From positions 100,720 to 164,719 of the forward strand of contig JANRIW010000027.1 of assembly GCA_033764505.1 (NCBI GenBank): a stretch of DNA of 64,000 nucleotides. Direction: 5' to 3'. The position numbers and the translations under genes were made by a program. Below, in pieces: positions 38,482 to 48,630 of the stretch. Below the pieces are notes generated by a model, which saw only the letters and a list, made by a program, of their open reading frames with translations, was not told the DNA's origin and did no database searches. This DNA comes from Gemmatimonadales bacterium (GTDB lineage: Bacteria > Gemmatimonadota > Gemmatimonadetes > Gemmatimonadales > GWC2-71-9). Numbering within the stretch: the stretch's first letter is position 1; each line of letters begins with the position of its first letter.

Positions 38482-41253
38482 ATGCCGCTGCCTTCTCCGC
38501 GCCCCTCATTCCTTCGGTTGATGCTGGTTCTGCTGGCCGCCGCTCCCCCACTCTCGGCCCAAGCGGCCCAAGGCACGACGCCCCCGAAGTCGTGGGCCGA
38601 CGAGACGATCAGTGCCGAGCGCTACGTGGCGCCGCCGGCCGAGGTGGCTCGACTGGTCGGGGCCCCGCGCGAAAGCAACGCGAGCTACGCCGCCGCGAGT
38701 CCCGTCAATCGTCGCTGGTTCCCGCGCACCATTGGCGACGGCATGCCGACCCTCGCGATGATGGCGAAGCCGTACCACAATCTCGGCGGATTCCAGGTGG
38801 ACATCCGGGGCAGCCGCAGCCGCGGGCTCACCACGCGCAGCAATGCCGGCTACGAGCTCTACGACCGCACCACCGGGAAGAGCGTGACGGTGCAGGTGCC
38901 GGCCGGCGCGCGCGTCGGCACCACGTCGTGGTCGCCCGACGGGACCACGATGGCGTTCCTCGCCCTCTTCGACGATGCGACGCACATCTATCTCGCCGAC
39001 GCCGCTACGGGTCGCTCACGTCCGCTCACGCGCACTCCGCTCCTCGCGACGCACGTGACCAACTTCGAATGGACCGCGGGCGGCAAGGCGATCGTCGCGG
39101 TGCTGCTCCCCGAAGGGCGCGGTCCCGAGCCGAAGGCGCCGCCCGTGGCGACCGAGCCGATGGTGCGCGTGAACGAGGGCAACAAGCTCAAGACCCGCAC
39201 CTACGCCGATCTGCTGGAGTCCACCCACGACAAGGCACTGCTCGAGTACTACAGCATCGGGCAGCTCGCCGTGATCGATGCCAGGAGCCGGGCGGTGACC
39301 AAGGTCGGCGCACCGGGGATGATCCGCGCGCTCAGCGCCTCGCCCGATGGCACGATGTTCCGGGTGACGTACCAGGAGAAGCCGTTCTCGTACGTCCTCC
39401 CGGTCTCGTCGTTCGGGTCGCGCGAGGTCATCATCGACGCGGCCGGCAAGGAGATCCGCGAATTGAGCAAGCGGCCGCTCCGCGAAGGGGAGTCCACCGA
39501 CAGCATCGCCGCGCGTCCGCCGGCGCCGCCGGTCGGCACCACGCCGGCAGCGGGCGCCGCCAACGCGGCCGCCGCGGCCGACACCGCGAAGCGGTCGTTG
39601 ACCTGGCATCCGTTCAGGTCGGGGATGACCTATCTGCAGCAGGTCCCCGCCCCGCCGCGCGCCGCGCGCACCGCCGGTGACAGCACCGCGCCCGCCGCAG
39701 CCGCCCCCGGCGCGCGTGGCACCGGTGGTCGTGGGGCGACTGGCGGCGCCACGGCCTCCACCCAGCGCCCCGATCGCCTGATGCACTGGGCGGCACCGTT
39801 CGACTCGACCTCGGCGTCGGTCATCTACCAGTCCGACAACCGCATCCTTGCCACCCGCTGGTCCGAGGATGGCAGCATCCTCTTCACCACCGAGACGGCG
39901 ACGCGTGGCACCTTCGAGTACGCCATCTTCCTCGCCGACAGCAACAAGAAGGTCGCGCTCGTGACGCCGCCGGCTCGGGCAGCGAATGACTCGACCGCCG
40001 CCGGTGGCCGTGGCGGCGCGGCGCCTGCCGCTGCGCCCGCCGGGCGTGGCGGTGCAGGCGGTGGCCCGGCGCTGGTAATGCGTCCCGGCAGCCGCGGTGG
40101 CTCGGTCGTGATGCGTTCCAGCGACGGGAAGTCGGCCTTCCTGCAGGGCAGCACCACCGACACGGTCACCAAGATTGCGCGGCCGTGGGTGGATCGGGTG
40201 GAGCTCGCCACCGGCACGCGCACCCGGATCTACGAGGGGAAGGGCGACGTCACCGAGTCCATCTCGACCGCGCTCGACGACGACTTCACCACCGCGCTGG
40301 TGCAGCGCGAGTCGGCGACGCAGGTGCCACAGTCGTATCTGCTGACGCTCGCGACCGGTGCGACCAAGCAGTTGACCAACAATCAGGAATTGATGCCGGA
40401 GATCCGGAACGCCATCACGAAGACGGTGACGGCGCGTCGGGCCGATGGCTACTCGTTCCGCGTGAAGGTCACGCTGCCGGCCGACTACAAGGAAGGGACT
40501 CGCCTCCCGGCCATGTTCTGGTTCTACCCGCGCGAGTATGCCACGCAGGAGGCGTACAACCGCGGCATCGTGAACGCCGACGATCCGCCGACCCGCTTCC
40601 CCTCGTACGGCCCGCGCTCGATGTCGTTCCTGACCACGGTCGGCTACGCCGTCGTGGAGCCGGACGCACCGATCTTCGCGTCCGAAGGGCAGCTCCCGAA
40701 CGACAACTACGTCGTGGACCTCCGCAACAACCTCGCGGCCACCATCGACGCGCTCGACTCCCTTGGCTACATCGACCGCCATCGCCTCGGGATCGGCGGC
40801 CACTCGTACGGTGCCTTCTCGACCGTGAACGCCATGGTGCACACGCCGTTCTTCAAGGCGGGCATTGCCGGTGACGGTGCCTACAACCGGACGCTCACCC
40901 CGAACGGCTTCCAGAGCGAAGGGCGCGACCTCTGGCAGGGACGGCAGACCTACCTCGAGATGTCGCCGTTCCTCTACGCCGACCAGCTGAACGGGGCGCT
41001 GCTGCTCTATCACTCGACCGACGACCAGAACGTGGGCACCGACCCGATCAATTCCACCAAGCTCTACCACGCCCTGCAGGGCCTCGGCAAGACGGTCTCG
41101 CTGTACATGTACCCGTACGAAGATCACGGCCCCGTGGCCCGTGAGACGGTCATGGATCAGTGGGCCCGCTGGGTGGCCTGGCTCGACAAGTACGTCAAGA
41201 ACGCCAACAAGCCGGCCGCCAAGGACGAGAAGAAGCTGGCCTCCGAGGAGTAG
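38482..41253 (+). CDS. secreted S9 prolyl-oligopeptidase-family serine peptidase with N-terminal beta-propeller
   Basis: 923 aa. Signal peptide, TolB/DPP-like propeller, and a C-terminal hydrolase with GIGGHSYGAF and HSTDDQNV. Two Ala/Gly/Arg-rich low-complexity inserts. Confidence 0.8.
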   Translation: MPLPSPRPSFLRLMLVLLAAAPPLSAQAAQGTTPPKSWADETISAERYVAPPAEVARLVGAPRESNASYAAASPVNRRWFPRTIGDGMPTLAMMAKPYHNLGGFQVDIRGSRSRGLTTRSNAGYELYDRTTGKSVTVQVPAGARVGTTSWSPDGTTMAFLALFDDATHIYLADAATGRSRPLTRTPLLATHVTNFEWTAGGKAIVAVLLPEGRGPEPKAPPVATEPMVRVNEGNKLKTRTYADLLESTHDKALLEYYSIGQLAVIDARSRAVTKVGAPGMIRALSASPDGTMFRVTYQEKPFSYVLPVSSFGSREVIIDAAGKEIRELSKRPLREGESTDSIAARPPAPPVGTTPAAGAANAAAAADTAKRSLTWHPFRSGMTYLQQVPAPPRAARTAGDSTAPAAAAPGARGTGGRGATGGATASTQRPDRLMHWAAPFDSTSASVIYQSDNRILATRWSEDGSILFTTETATRGTFEYAIFLADSNKKVALVTPPARAANDSTAAGGRGGAAPAAAPAGRGGAGGGPALVMRPGSRGGSVVMRSSDGKSAFLQGSTTDTVTKIARPWVDRVELATGTRTRIYEGKGDVTESISTALDDDFTTALVQRESATQVPQSYLLTLATGATKQLTNNQELMPEIRNAITKTVTARRADGYSFRVKVTLPADYKEGTRLPAMFWFYPREYATQEAYNRGIVNADDPPTRFPSYGPRSMSFLTTVGYAVVEPDAPIFASEGQLPNDNYVVDLRNNLAATIDALDSLGYIDRHRLGIGGHSYGAFSTVNAMVHTPFFKAGIAGDGAYNRTLTPNGFQSEGRDLWQGRQTYLEMSPFLYADQLNGALLLYHSTDDQNVGTDPINSTKLYHALQGLGKTVSLYMYPYEDHGPVARETVMDQWARWVAWLDKYVKNANKPAAKDEKKLASEE

Positions 41254-41281
41254 CCCCCCAGTCGGCCGGTAACGGAACCAT

Positions 41282-41312
41282 GGCGGGGCGCAAGGACACC
41301 TTGCGCCCCGCC
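41282..41312 (+). terminator. stem-loop terminator after the S9 peptidase gene
   Basis: Perfect 14-bp stem ggcggggcgcaagg / ccttgcgccccgcc with loop aca, followed by ctgtgtttcgcctcttt. Confidence 0.6.
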
Positions 41313-41335
41313 CTGTGTTTCGCCTCTTTCCCCGG

Positions 41336-43507
41336 ATGACACCCCTGCGCCAGAAAATCCCTGCCCTCCCGCCGCGGCTCGAGGGCCTTGCTGCACTCGC
41401 CACCAACCTCGCCTGGAGCTGGCATCGCTCCGCCCGGGCGCTGTTCCGCCGGATCGACGACGCCGTCTGGCGGTCGTCGCACCACAACCCGATCATGGTG
41501 CTCCAGCAGGCCGCCCCGGAACGGCTCGAGTTGCTGGCGCGCGACCCCGATTTCTGCGCCCACTACGACGGCGTGATGGAATGGTTGGCGGTTGAGCGGT
41601 CGGCGCCGAGCGGCTGGTTCCTCGACCAGTACCCGGGGCTCGATGCCTCGCGTCCGGTGGCGTACTTCTGCGCGGAGTTCGGCCTCCACGCCTCGGTGCC
41701 GATCTACTCCGGCGGCCTCGGCGTGCTCGCCGGCGACCACTGCAAGACGGCATCGGACCTGGCCATCCCGCTGGTCGGGATCGGCCTCTTCTACACCAAG
41801 GGCTACTTCGACCAGCGCATCCGCCCCGACGGGTGGCAGGAAGACTCGGACGATGCCGTGAAGCCCGAGACCACCCCGCTGATCCCGGTGCTCTCGCCCG
41901 ACGGGACGCCGTGGCTCACGGTCCTGCAGACGTTCGACCGCCCGATCCACATCCGCGCCTGGACGCTCGCCGCCGGTCGCACGGTACTGTACCTGCTCGA
42001 CACCAACCTCGAGGCCAATCACCCCGACGATCGCGAGCTGACCTCGAAGCTCTATGCCGGGGGGCTCCCGATGCGACTGCGCCAGGAGTGGATCCTGGGC
42101 GTCGGCGGGGTGCGCGTGTTGCGGGCGCTGGGGATCACGCCGGGCGCCTGGCACGCCAACGAGGGGCATGCCGCCTTCATGATGCTGGAGCGCGCCCGTG
42201 AGCTGGTGCTGGGCGGGTCCTCGTTCGACGAGGCCGTCGCCACCGTGCGGGCCTCGTCGATCTTCACGACCCACACCCCGGTGCCGGCCGGCCACGACGC
42301 CTTCGACGTGGGCCAGGTGGTCTCCTGCATGGGGATGGGGTTCCTGCAGGATTTCGGCGCCGACTTCGAGCGCGTCCCCGCCCTCGGCATCCATCCCGCG
42401 CGCGAGCCGGGGCAGTTCCAGATGACGGTGCTCGCCATCCGCCTCGCCGGCCATGTGAACGGCGTGGCCCAGCGCCATGGCGTCGTCTCGCGGGAACTCT
42501 GGGGCGACATGTGGAGCGAGCGGCCAACGGAGCAGGTGCCGATCGGGGCGGTCACCAACGGCGTGCACCTCGCCACCTGGATGGCGAACCCGATGATGCG
42601 CCTGCTCGACATCCACCTCGACAGCGATTGGGGGAGCCGCCTCGACGAAGCCGAGACCTGGGACGCCGTGCTCGGCCTCGACGCGCGTGAGCTCTGGCAC
42701 ACGCACGAGGAATTGAAGGGGACCCTGCTGCGCTACATCCGTGAGGAGGCGCGTCGTCGGTGGACCGGCAACTGGCACGAGGCGGCGCAGGTGGTCGCGG
42801 CCGGCACGCTGCTCGACCCGAACGCCTTCACCATCGGCTTTGCCCGGCGCTTCGCCACCTACAAGCGGGCCAACCTCCTGTTCCGCGACACGGAGCGGCT
42901 GCGCGCGATGCTCACCGATTCCAAGCGCCCGGTGCAGCTGCTGATCGCGGGCAAGGCCCACCCGGAGGACACGCCGGGGAAGGAAGTGTTGCAGTCGCTC
43001 TATCACTTCGCGCGCGATCCGATGTTCGAGGGGCGCGTGGCCTTCCTCGAGGGCTACGACATGCACCTGGCGCACGTGCTGGTGCAGGGCGTGGACCTCT
43101 GGCTCAACGTGCCGCGCGTGCCGCTGGAAGCCTCGGGCACCAGCGGGATGAAGGCCGCGCTCAACGGCGTGCCGCAGCTCTCCACCCTCGACGGCTGGTG
43201 GGAGGAGGGATACAACGGTCGCAACGGCTGGGCGATCCCGAAGGCCGACCCCGACGCCGACACCGCGACCACCGATGCGGCCGACGCCGAGCACCTCTAT
43301 CGGCTGTTGACGGAGGAGATCGTCCCGCTCTGGTACCAGCGCGATGAACGGGGCATCCCGCGCGGCTGGGTCCAGAAGATGAAGGCCGCGATCCAGGTGG
43401 CGGGCCGGCGCTTCGACTCGCGGCGGATGCTGCAGGACTACGCGATCCGCTACTACGCGCCGATCCTCCGAGGGGATCCCTTCCACGACGACCCGCCACT
43501 CGGATGA
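41336..43507 (+). CDS. glgP: alpha-glucan phosphorylase (GT35)
   Basis: Start chosen at MTPLRQKIPALP, downstream of the terminator hairpin. Motifs LAWSWH and PLP-lysine region EASGTSGMKAALNG. Confidence 0.85.
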   Translation: MTPLRQKIPALPPRLEGLAALATNLAWSWHRSARALFRRIDDAVWRSSHHNPIMVLQQAAPERLELLARDPDFCAHYDGVMEWLAVERSAPSGWFLDQYPGLDASRPVAYFCAEFGLHASVPIYSGGLGVLAGDHCKTASDLAIPLVGIGLFYTKGYFDQRIRPDGWQEDSDDAVKPETTPLIPVLSPDGTPWLTVLQTFDRPIHIRAWTLAAGRTVLYLLDTNLEANHPDDRELTSKLYAGGLPMRLRQEWILGVGGVRVLRALGITPGAWHANEGHAAFMMLERARELVLGGSSFDEAVATVRASSIFTTHTPVPAGHDAFDVGQVVSCMGMGFLQDFGADFERVPALGIHPAREPGQFQMTVLAIRLAGHVNGVAQRHGVVSRELWGDMWSERPTEQVPIGAVTNGVHLATWMANPMMRLLDIHLDSDWGSRLDEAETWDAVLGLDARELWHTHEELKGTLLRYIREEARRRWTGNWHEAAQVVAAGTLLDPNAFTIGFARRFATYKRANLLFRDTERLRAMLTDSKRPVQLLIAGKAHPEDTPGKEVLQSLYHFARDPMFEGRVAFLEGYDMHLAHVLVQGVDLWLNVPRVPLEASGTSGMKAALNGVPQLSTLDGWWEEGYNGRNGWAIPKADPDADTATTDAADAEHLYRLLTEEIVPLWYQRDERGIPRGWVQKMKAAIQVAGRRFDSRRMLQDYAIRYYAPILRGDPFHDDPPLG

Positions 43508-43511
43508 CACC

Positions 43512-45008
43512 ATGAACGCCTCCACGCCGCTGGTGCTGCCCTCGATCGAGGGCGCCGCACCGATGCTCGTCCATCTCAGCGCCGAGTACTACCCGTACGC
43601 GCGCACGGGAGGGCTCGCCGAGGCGGCGTGGGGGCTGCACCGCTACCAGGCCCGCCGCGGGCTGCAGACGGCGGCGATCGTGCCGCTCTACCGCGTGGCG
43701 CATCAGCACCTCAATGCCATGGAACAGGTGGGCGAGCCGTACACGCTCCACTTCGGCGACCGCGCCGAGACGTTCCGGCTCTGGCGCGACCTCGACCCCG
43801 CCTCCGAGACGCCCACCTGGTTCATCCAGCACGACGGCTTCTTCGACCGTGCCGGCATCTATGGCGAGGGGGGCCGCGACTACCCCGACAACCATCGGCG
43901 CTTCGCCGCCTTTGCCGCGGCCGCGGTCGCCGCGCTTCCGAGGCTGACCGACGGACCAGTGTTGTTGCATGCACACGATTGGCATGCATCGCTCGCAGCG
44001 GTGTACTTGCGCCGCTGGTTCGCCGGGCAGGCGTGGTTCGACCGGATTCCGGTGGTGCTCTCGGTGCACAACGGCGGCTACCAGGGGCACTTCGGTGCCG
44101 AGGTGATGCCGGAGCTCGGGCTGCCGTGGTCGCTCTTCCACTACGAGGCGCTGGAGTGGTACGGGAAGGTCAACCTGCTGAAGGGCGGCCTGACGCACGC
44201 CGACATGGCGACCACGGTCTCGCCGGCGCACGCCGTGGAGCTCTGCACCGACGAAGGCGGCTTCGGCTTGCAGGATGTCTTCCGCAGCATGGGGGATCGT
44301 TTCACCGGCGTCCTCAACGGGATTGACCAGGACGAGTGGGACCCGCGCACCGATCGCCACCTGGTGGCGAGGTACAGCGCCGACGACCTGGCCGGCAAGA
44401 AGAGCTGCAAGGCCGACCTGCAGCGCCGCTTCGGACTGCCGGAGAATCCGTTCGTCCCGGTGATCGCCCTCGCGGGTCGGATGGTGATGCAGAAGGGGCT
44501 CGATCTGGTGGTGCACAACTACCCGCTCTTCCAGCTCCCGGCGCAGTTCATCTTCCTCGGCAGCGGCGAGGCGCGCTACGAGCAGGCCTTTGCCCAGCTG
44601 CAGGCCGCGATGCCGCACCGGATCGGCGTCTCGACGCGCTTCTCCGACGAGCTCGAGCACCTGCTGATGGCCGGCGCCGACCTCTTCCTGATGCCGTCGC
44701 AGTACGAGCCGTGCGGCCTCACGCAGATGCGCGCCCAGCGCTACGGCACCATCCCCGTCGCCCGGCGCGTCGGCGGCCTGGCCGACACCATTGACGACAG
44801 CGTCACCGGCTTCCTCTTCGACGCCTTCGAGGAGCGGGCCGCGGCCGGCGCCGTCTGGCGCGCGCTCACCGAGATGCGCTCGCCCCGCGCCTGGCAGGAA
44901 ATGCAGCGGGAGGCGATGTCACGCGACTTCGGCTGGGATCGGGTCGCGGAGAAGTATCTTTCGATCTACACCGACGCCATCTCCCACCGTGCGAGGCACT
45001 CCGCGTGA
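43512..45008 (+). CDS. glgA: glycogen synthase (GT5)
   Basis: SAEYYPYARTGGLAEA (KTGGL-type motif with Arg), the PSQYEPCGLTQM block, and GGLADT. Alternative start at 43563 (MLVHLSAEY). Confidence 0.85.
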   Translation: MNASTPLVLPSIEGAAPMLVHLSAEYYPYARTGGLAEAAWGLHRYQARRGLQTAAIVPLYRVAHQHLNAMEQVGEPYTLHFGDRAETFRLWRDLDPASETPTWFIQHDGFFDRAGIYGEGGRDYPDNHRRFAAFAAAAVAALPRLTDGPVLLHAHDWHASLAAVYLRRWFAGQAWFDRIPVVLSVHNGGYQGHFGAEVMPELGLPWSLFHYEALEWYGKVNLLKGGLTHADMATTVSPAHAVELCTDEGGFGLQDVFRSMGDRFTGVLNGIDQDEWDPRTDRHLVARYSADDLAGKKSCKADLQRRFGLPENPFVPVIALAGRMVMQKGLDLVVHNYPLFQLPAQFIFLGSGEARYEQAFAQLQAAMPHRIGVSTRFSDELEHLLMAGADLFLMPSQYEPCGLTQMRAQRYGTIPVARRVGGLADTIDDSVTGFLFDAFEERAAAGAVWRALTEMRSPRAWQEMQREAMSRDFGWDRVAEKYLSIYTDAISHRARHSA

Positions 45009-46654
45009 GCCTGGGCTTTGTCCTGACGCTGCACAGCCACCTGCCGTGGGTGCTCCACCACGGGCGGTGGCCGCACGGCAGCGACTGGCTCTGCGAGGCC
45101 GCGCTCGACACGTACCTGCCCCTCGTCGGCGCCCTGCGCCGTCTCGAGGCTGCGGGTACCGCCGCTCCGATCACGCTCGGCGTCACGCCCATCCTTGCGG
45201 CACAGCTCGCGCACCCGTCGTTTCGCGAGGAGCTCGAGGCGTACTTCACCCATCGGCTCCAGACACTCCATGAGGCACCCGCCTCGCTGCGCGAGACCGG
45301 TGACCAGGCATTGTTGCCCGTGGTGCCGTGGTGGCAGCAGCACATCCAGGAATTGAAGCGGATCTGGCAGGCCATTGATGGCGACCTGATCGCGGAGTTC
45401 CGTCGTCACGCCCAGGCGGGGCGCCTCGAGCTCATCTCGTCGGCGGCGACGCACGGCTTCCTCCCGCTGCTTGCCCGCGACGAGAGCATCCGGCTGCAGT
45501 TGCTGGTGGGGCGCGCGGAGCACCTGCGGCATTTCGGCGAGCTGCCGCACGGCTGTTGGGTGCCGGAATGCGCCTATCGCCCGGCGGGCCCGTGGCATCC
45601 GCTCCCTTCGGCGCCGGCTGTCCCGATGCGCCGCGGGATCGAGGATCACCTGCGCTACGCCGGCTTCCGCTGGTTCTTCGTGGACGCCCACCTCGCCGAG
45701 GCGGGCGAGGCCTCGGACCTCTACGGCGGCATGTCCACGGGCGTGCGTCGTGGCGGGCCGCGGTCGCCGTATCGGGCCTATCAGCTCGGCACGCCGGCGC
45801 GCGGCCGACCGCTGCACGTGCTGGTGCGCGATCCGCGCTCCACCACCCAGGTGTGGAGCCGCTATGGCGGCTATCCCGGCGACGGCCGCTACCTCGAGTT
45901 CCACAAGATCCGCTACCCGGGTGGACTCAAGCTCTGGTCGGTCACCGACATCACCGCCGACCTCAGCGAGAAGCAGCCGTATGTGCCCGAGGCCGCGCGA
46001 GTCGCGGCGTCGGCGCATGCCCAGCACTTCGCCTCGCTGCTCGACTCGGTCGATGCCGCCGCGCTCCGGGGTGACTCGGCCATCGTCGCACCGTTCGACA
46101 CGGAGCTCTTCGGGCACTGGTGGTTCGAGGGGGTGGACTTCATCGAAGACCTCTTCGGTGAGCTCACGCAGAGCAGCGCCGTACGCCCGATGACCGCCGC
46201 GACCATGCTGCGCGACACACCGCCAGACACCACCATCCGCCTCGGTGCCGGCTCGTGGGGCGCCGACGGCGACTTCTCGATGTGGCTCAACCCCGAGACA
46301 GCGTGGACCTGGGAGCGGCTCTGGCCCCTCGAGCATCGCTTCTGGGAAGCGGTGCCGACCGCGCTGGAGCAGCCGCTGCTCCTGCCGGTCCTGGAGCAGG
46401 CGGCTCGTGAGCTCTTGCTGGCGCAATCGTCGGACTGGCAGTTCATCATCTCGACGGGTGCGGCGGGCGACTACGCCACCAAGCGCTTCAACGAACATTG
46501 CGAGGCGCTGGAGCGACTGCTCCCGGTGCTCGAAGATCCGAACCTCGAGAGCAGCGGGGCCCGGGCACTCGCGGCATCGCTCGAGCGCATTGACGGTCCC
46601 TTTCCCGACTTGGTTGGCGCCATCGCCGCCGCCTCGGACGTCACCGCGGCATGA
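45005..46654 (+). CDS. GH57-family 1,4-alpha-glucan branching enzyme-like protein
   Basis: N-terminus FVLTLHSHLPWV, typical of GH57/DUF1957 branching enzymes. Start overlaps the glgA stop. Confidence 0.75.
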   Translation: MSLGFVLTLHSHLPWVLHHGRWPHGSDWLCEAALDTYLPLVGALRRLEAAGTAAPITLGVTPILAAQLAHPSFREELEAYFTHRLQTLHEAPASLRETGDQALLPVVPWWQQHIQELKRIWQAIDGDLIAEFRRHAQAGRLELISSAATHGFLPLLARDESIRLQLLVGRAEHLRHFGELPHGCWVPECAYRPAGPWHPLPSAPAVPMRRGIEDHLRYAGFRWFFVDAHLAEAGEASDLYGGMSTGVRRGGPRSPYRAYQLGTPARGRPLHVLVRDPRSTTQVWSRYGGYPGDGRYLEFHKIRYPGGLKLWSVTDITADLSEKQPYVPEAARVAASAHAQHFASLLDSVDAAALRGDSAIVAPFDTELFGHWWFEGVDFIEDLFGELTQSSAVRPMTAATMLRDTPPDTTIRLGAGSWGADGDFSMWLNPETAWTWERLWPLEHRFWEAVPTALEQPLLLPVLEQAARELLLAQSSDWQFIISTGAAGDYATKRFNEHCEALERLLPVLEDPNLESSGARALAASLERIDGPFPDLVGAIAAASDVTAA

Positions 46655-48630
46655 GCACGGGACTGCGCCACGTGGTGGTGCACGGACACTTCTACCAGCC
46701 GCCACGCGAGGAACCGTGGCTCGAACTGGTCCCGCACGAGAAGAGCGCCGCCCCCGACCACGACTGGAACGCCCGCATCACGCGTGAGTGCTACGCCGCA
46801 CTCGCCAAGGCGCGCGTGCTCGATGCACAGGGGCGCCTGCGGCGCACGATCAACGCCTACGAGTGGTGTTCGTTTGACGTGGGGCCGACGCTCTTCCACT
46901 GGTTCGATCATCACGCGCGTGAGGTCGGCGCGGCCATCGTGGCGGGTGACCGTGCTGCGCGCGCACGCCTTGGTTACGGCAACGCGCTGGCGCAGCCCTA
47001 CCACCACGTGATCCTTCCGTTGGCGTCGCGACGCGACAAGGTCACCGAGGTTCGCTGGGGCATCCGTGACTTCCAGCGGCGCTTCGGACGCGACCCGGAA
47101 GGAATGTGGCTCCCCGAGACCGCCGTGGATCACGAGACGCTCGAGGTGCTCGCGGCGGAGGGGATTCGCTTCACGGTGCTCTCACCGCATCAGGTCACCG
47201 CGCCGCCGCCACATGGCCGCCCGGGACGGTGGCAGCATGCCGGGCGCGAGCTGGCGATCTTCTGCTACGACGGCCCGCTGGCGCATGACATCGCCTTCAG
47301 CAGCGTGTTGCGCGAAGCCCACGGCTGGCATCGCCGGATCGCGGCCGTGCCGATGGCCGACGACGGCGTCACCATCTGTTCCGTGGCCACCGATGGCGAG
47401 ACCTTCGGCCATCATCATCGGCAGGGCGATCTGGCGCTCGCCTCGTTGATTGATCGCCTCGAACGTGACCCCGAAGGGCGCTGCACCAACTTCGCCACCA
47501 TCCTCGCCGACCATCCTCCCGTCCACGACGTGACGCTGGTCGAGCGCACCGCATGGAGCTGCCCGCACTCGCTGGGGCGGTGGCAACACGACTGCGGCTG
47601 CCGGATGAATGGCGGGTCGTCGCAGGCGTGGCGGGCGCCGCTCCGGAACGGGCTGCAGCAGTTGGCCGATGGCATTCACGAAGCGGTCGAGGCGCACTGG
47701 CCCGCCGACGCCGGCGATCCCTGGGCGCTCCGCGATGCGGCCGGTCCGATGCTCGACGAGGCAGGGGCATTGCCTGGCGCGGTCTCTCGACTGCTCGAGG
47801 CCGAGCGGCATGCACTCGCCATGTTCACGTCGTGCGGCTGGTTCTTCGACGACCTCGAGCGGATCGAGCCGCCGATCGTGCTGCGCCATGCGGCGCGCGC
47901 GCTCGAGCTGCTGCCGGCTGGCGTGCGCGAGCCGCTCGAGTCCGCGCTGCTCGAAACCATCGGGCAGGCGCAAAGCAACGACCCCGCCAAGGGCAACGGC
48001 ATCGCGATCTGGCAGCGCGAGGTGCTGAGCGAGGCCTCAGGTCCGGCGCGCCTCGCGGCGGGGATCGCCGCGCTTCGCGACGTGGTCCCCGATGCCATCG
48101 ACGACCTGCTCATGCCGGCACACCTGGTCCGGCTCGAGGGCGACGAGATCGTCCTCGAACACCGCCGTATTGCCGAGGTGACACGCTGGCGTGCCGAGAC
48201 GGTGGTGGCTGGGGTGGTGCCGGTGCGCGTGCACGTCCGGCGCGTGGATGCCGCAGGCACGGCCGCGGAGCACTTCCCGATCAGCATGGTCCCACGGCCG
48301 GTGCGCGAGCTGCTCCTGGCTGCGGCGCGTCCGATGGTCTTCGACGCGACCCTTGGCGATGCCCAGCGCGAGGCACTGCGGGACGGCCTACTGGCGCCCG
48401 ATGCCGCGCGGATGGCGGCACTTGATGGGGCGTGGCTCCTCGTGGGACGCGACGGATTGGACGAGGCCGGCGTGGTGGTCCACGCCGCCCTCGACCTCTT
48501 CGACCTCGATCAGACCACTCCACCCGATGCCGCCGTGGTTGCGGCTTTCGAGGCCCTGGCCTCGCTGCCTCAATCACCGATGCGCGATGCACTCGCGTCG
48601 CGCCTAGGCCTGGCGCTCCCGGAGTCCTAG
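46651..48630 (+). CDS. GH57-family glycoside hydrolase with C-terminal DUF3536-like extension
   Basis: The N-terminus VVVHGHFYQPPRE is the GH57 signature. 659 aa. Start overlaps the upstream stop (ATGA). Confidence 0.7.
   Translation: MSTGLRHVVVHGHFYQPPREEPWLELVPHEKSAAPDHDWNARITRECYAALAKARVLDAQGRLRRTINAYEWCSFDVGPTLFHWFDHHAREVGAAIVAGDRAARARLGYGNALAQPYHHVILPLASRRDKVTEVRWGIRDFQRRFGRDPEGMWLPETAVDHETLEVLAAEGIRFTVLSPHQVTAPPPHGRPGRWQHAGRELAIFCYDGPLAHDIAFSSVLREAHGWHRRIAAVPMADDGVTICSVATDGETFGHHHRQGDLALASLIDRLERDPEGRCTNFATILADHPPVHDVTLVERTAWSCPHSLGRWQHDCGCRMNGGSSQAWRAPLRNGLQQLADGIHEAVEAHWPADAGDPWALRDAAGPMLDEAGALPGAVSRLLEAERHALAMFTSCGWFFDDLERIEPPIVLRHAARALELLPAGVREPLESALLETIGQAQSNDPAKGNGIAIWQREVLSEASGPARLAAGIAALRDVVPDAIDDLLMPAHLVRLEGDEIVLEHRRIAEVTRWRAETVVAGVVPVRVHVRRVDAAGTAAEHFPISMVPRPVRELLLAAARPMVFDATLGDAQREALRDGLLAPDAARMAALDGAWLLVGRDGLDEAGVVVHAALDLFDLDQTTPPDAAVVAAFEALASLPQSPMRDALASRLGLALPES

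Noticed and set aside
38184-38576. The upstream 130 codons of ORF 38034..38576, and a possible riboswitch in the 300-nt gap before the small membrane-protein gene.
   Set aside because: The extension has no hydrophobic or conserved character. The gap contains an imperfect long hairpin (about 38360-38430), but I could not match it to any known RNA family, and it also has to house two divergent promoters.
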